From Eledone cirrhosa (taxonomy: Eukaryota), in assembly GCA_964016885.1 (NCBI GenBank), contig OZ024742.1, positions 285,076,001 to 285,140,000 of the forward strand: a DNA stretch of 64,000 nt, written 5' to 3'. Each line of letters begins with the position of its first letter. Position 1 is the first letter of the stretch. Shown piece after piece: positions 59,845-64,000 of this stretch. A program made the position numbers and the translations under genes. The notes under the pieces are model-generated. The model had not been told where the DNA came from. It did no database searches and saw only the letters and a list, made by a program, of their open reading frames with translations.

Positions 59845-62221
59845 GTTCGTTCTAAGCGACTTTAATTTTCTTCATTTTTCTTTTCCCGACTATGTTTCTT
59901 GTGCGTTTGCTTGTAAGAGGCCTTTGTTTTCTTTACGTACACAGAATAAAATATATTCAATAATTTACTTCCTTTGATGCAATTTCTAAATTACTTTCAA
60001 TCGTCTTTTGTTTAAAAGCATGGGATCCCTAAGCTTGCACGTCTTCGTTATAAACGAAAGCTTTATATATATATAAAACTTATAATAAAAGAAAAAACCA
60101 GTCGTGATCATCCTATATATTTTCACAAAATATATGTAGTACATAATCTCATATCTACATCGCTTTTTCTGAAGATGTGATTTGGCTGCTATTTCTCGGA
60201 TATCTAGTGAATATATAATGTCCCCCCTTTGTTGAGTATATATATATATAAAGTACTGCGTATATATAGATATAAAACTTTTCAAATCCTGGGATAAGTA
60301 GTATTGGGTTTCTTTAAGCTATGTTTGGTCTATATATATTAATGTTTTGTGCCTTTTTAGATACTCTCCCCCCACCATGATGAATCTAAATTCAGCGTTC
60401 CTAAATCTGAAGTAAAATCTAATGTCGGCGTTCTTACCCTAATTTGGAATAAATTAGTTCGGATTGTATTATCTTATTTACATCGAGTTATGGGGTGGTG
60501 GTGACTATTCTGAAGAAGCATATATGTATATATATGTGAGAGACAGGCAACATTTGACGGTGAACGGTTTAGATTTCGCTTCCCTCCACTTATTTTCTTT
60601 ATCCTACATTTCTATTTCATGAATTCTAAAAGCAATTTAGAACGTTTTTGACACAGTAACGTTCGTGTGACAGACGGTCAAACAAAAAGGTTGTGTAGTT
60701 ATATATAGGTAAGCAGTAGATAGATAGTAGTAATTAGTCTCTTTTTAAAAGTACAATGTCGGATATCTTTTTACATGTGTAAACTGTCTCTCCTCACGTG
60801 TGAAAAAATGTCTACGGAATGAGGGAGGGGAAGAAGTTTGCGGTTAACGTTTGTTGTAGGCTCCTGTGATAGCGTTTAACAAAACTGTTTATTTTATATT
60901 TAGCTAAAAAAAATTAATTTTTATGTAAGAACCTTTGTCAAGTTATGTTCCAAACGCCATCCAAATACTTGATCATCTACAAAATTATTTGAAAATCATC
61001 GGCAGGGTTAGTTGTATTTATCTCAGAATTTTCTACTATGAACCTTTATCCTCTTAATTCTTGATTATTTTCAGTTTCTTTTATTAGAAACAGTAATGGA
61101 GTTAAAGCGACATTGCTAATAGAATTGAGATGCTCATTGTTTAACTCGTCATCGGCTGTGGCCATTCCGGTCACGTTTGCTGGTTTGTCATTGGGCTGCG
61201 GCCATCCTGGAGTACCACTTTAGAGGAATTTAGTCGATACTATCGAGTCCCAATATATTTTTGTTCAAGTTTGGTACATATTTTATTAATCTCTTTTTGT
61301 CGAGTCGGTTTATTGCTGTATATATCCTCCCTCCCCATATATGTACGACGGGCAAAGCATTGGTCAACACATGGTTATGGTAGAAAACACTTGCTCAATG
61401 TTCTTTACATAATAGTTGGTAGGGTTTCTCGGAGTACGCATTTAAGGGAGCTATATCTGCAGTTTTTCAGCAAGTGATCACAGAAAAAATCCTCGTTAGT
61501 TTGATTTTTAAAATGTAGCCGTGTATCATTGATGATAGATCTCTTGAAGAAAATGAAAATATCTCGTCCGATTCAATGGATTCATTGCGTAGTCACGTTA
61601 GTTAGGTTTAGGGTCATGGTTCCCTCATCAGTTCGTGAGTGCTTTTTTTTTTTTTATATATGAGCGGAGCATGCGAAATGAATCTTGGGAGTTGGCGATA
61701 TATTTAAAAAAAATTTTTCAAAACAGATCTATTGTCAATTCCTCTTTTCAAGCATAATTAAGAAGTTCATTAAAATATTGTTTTGTACAGTGTATTTCAT
61801 AATTCACACAGACACATATTATATATGATATTTTGTTACGAAATTAAACTTGCTATCATCGCAGATGTGAATTCGCTTTCATTTTCCGTGCACCGATAAC
61901 GAAAGATTACCGTCACTGTACCCCCCTCAGTATGTATGAGCATGTATATATGCGCAGACATGACTGGTTAAGGAGTTTGTTTCGAAACCACGTGCTTTCA
62001 GATTCAGTCCCACTGAAAATATTTAATTTGTTAATGCAAGAAATAATATTTACAAGGATGGAAGTGTAAATAAGCACTTTTAATTTCCACAGAAATTCGT
62101 TAATAACATTAACAAATGGTTCGTATATCAAGTTATGTAGAAGAGTTCAGTTAAATTAGGAATTCTTCAAAACGAGTGGTTCTGTTTCATAAAACCAGAG
62201 TTGGTATTAAAAGAATCGAAT

Positions 62222-62462
62222 AGGCTATGTAGCCGGTAAACCCTAAAGGGACGCAACACGCATCGCTATAGTGTTTCATCAGCCCCTTCCTTCTTTTTGT
62301 ATTTGTTTATGTGTAGATGAATGTGTGTACGAATGGACGAGTAAATGATTCTAACTTGTTTTTTAACAATTGATGGTGGAAAAGATTTTAGATTATTTCA
62401 CCAATTGTCTTAAATCGGTCCGCAACTCATGATGTCTGACAATCTTACCGGCTACACAGCCT
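62222..62462. mobile_element. MITE with 18-bp terminal inverted repeats
   Basis: AGGCTATGTAGCCGGTAA ... TTACCGGCTACACAGCCT (one mismatch); no clear TSD. Confidence 0.7.
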
Positions 62463-62483
62463 CTTCCTAAAAGAATTCAAGAA

Positions 62484-62678
62484 ATAATTGTTTTTACTTT
62501 TGACACAAGGCCAGCAATTATCTCAGTGCATTACTGGTTCTTTATTTTATCGGTCCTGTAAGGATGAAAGGCAAAGTTAACCTCGGCGGAATTTGAACTC
62601 AGACCGTTAATGGCCGTAGCTCTATGCTGCAAAGCATGGCGTCTGACGCCCTACCGATACTGCCAATCTACCGCCCCT
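62484..62678 (-). mobile_element. Nin-like SINE
   Basis: Reverse complement of 5225-5410. Confidence 0.85.
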
Positions 62679-64000
62679 GAAGAAATAATGCATGGCACCT
62701 CTCCAACTTTGTTTACATGTTTAGCCTACTGCAAATATTGATCAGAAGTATTCAGTAAAGAGAGCAGGGCTGCTGCTGGTACTCATTCCTTGCTGAGTGA
62801 ACTAGAACGTGAAATGAAATGCCTTGCTCAAAAATACAAATCATGTCTGAGAATTAAACCCGCGACCTTATATGAATGTGAGGCCCAATACATTAAACAT
62901 AGGTTATACACGTGGAACCCCCCCCCCCCCCCCCCAATTACATAGTTGTAGAAATATGTTCCTGTATATTAATGCAAGAAAATAATCTCATTTTTACAAC
63001 TATGAAATTTTTTTAAAATTTATTAATCTTTAACATAATCATCATTTACACTTTTGAAAATATAATTCTGCAAAATTTTATTTTAAAATAAATTCGGGTG
63101 GAGACATTAAACTAATTATGGCAAAGCAATTATATGTTGCACCAAATATTGCTTCTTATAATTCAATATATATTACCTAATTAACGTGTTTAAAATAATG
63201 AGAATTTGGAGGGATTTTGTAAAATAACTTCCATATTAAGATGGCGTTTGTCTTACAAAATTTTATGTAAGAACCACTATGTTCCAAACACCTGTTTAAT
63301 ATGAAAGTTATATTACTAAATCCCACCAAATTCTTCATTATTTTTTCAGTCTTTTGGAAATGTAATGAATGAGATAGTCATCATCATCATCGTTTAACAT
63401 CCATCTTCCACACTAGTATGGATTGGACGGGTTTGTCCCATTTGAGGCGAGATTGGTTGGCTAACTGTCTCTCGCTCGTATAGAACTGTTTCTGGCAAAT
63501 TCTTCATTAATTTAGTACATGTCATTAAAAATGGTAATGAATGACTTAAAAATTCAATTCGATTCTTCACAAGAAAAATATCAGCCTACTACATGGTCGT
63601 GAGTTTGATTCTTGGATCAGGCAGCATGTTGTCTCTTTGAGCTTTTCATGATAGGACTTAGGACCCTATTAAAGCAAATTTATGAGAAATTATTTATTCT
63701 ATTTATTTAATTTCTGAATTCTTGATTATTTGAAAATCACAGACTGCTTTTCATTAAGAATTTAATGAAAGGGTTAAAGTATATATTCGTCTAAAGAAAC
63801 TTTTGTTAATTTATGCTCCAACATCAGCTTAATAATGCGAAAATTATTTTAGTAAATTCTACGAATTCTTGACTATTTTCAAAGTGAATTTGAAAATCAA
63901 GTTTACAAATGGGTTAATTCTTCTCCAGCTTTTCCATAACTTCATTCAGAACTTGTAAGATTTTCTTAAATGTCAGTGAGAGGCTCTAATATTTTAAAAT

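Overview
AT-rich, repeat-dense eukaryotic DNA, most likely an octopod cephalopod. This is inferred from the YHCDICGK-type C2H2 zinc-finger gene, the abundant Nin-like tRNA SINEs and the (ATG)n-tailed RTE LINEs. Host genes: an intact 586-aa multi-C2H2 zinc-finger gene (17061-18821, +) and exon 1 of a CHIC-family gene (29146-29258, +), which the ORF track misses. There is also a possible tiny first exon at 59827-59844. About 14.4 kb (29787-44230) is a giant (TA)n-based compound microsatellite containing a ~4.3 kb tandem duplication, followed by a 200-N gap; all the I/Y/H-rich ORFs there are spurious. The remainder is decayed RTE, CRE, Gypsy, piggyBac, hAT and Tc1-type elements and SINEs. The most interesting signal is at 54699-55512: two adjacent, unrelated fold-back elements, each carrying a type-I hammerhead-ribozyme-like fold with the compensatory U3-A8 core variant, as expected of Penelope-like pseudo-LTRs. 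Other structures of note are a Gypsy remnant rearranged into a ~270-bp hairpin, a 1.2-kb inverted RTE pair and a possible 67-bp Helitron. All folds and alignments were done by eye; no database searches were run.
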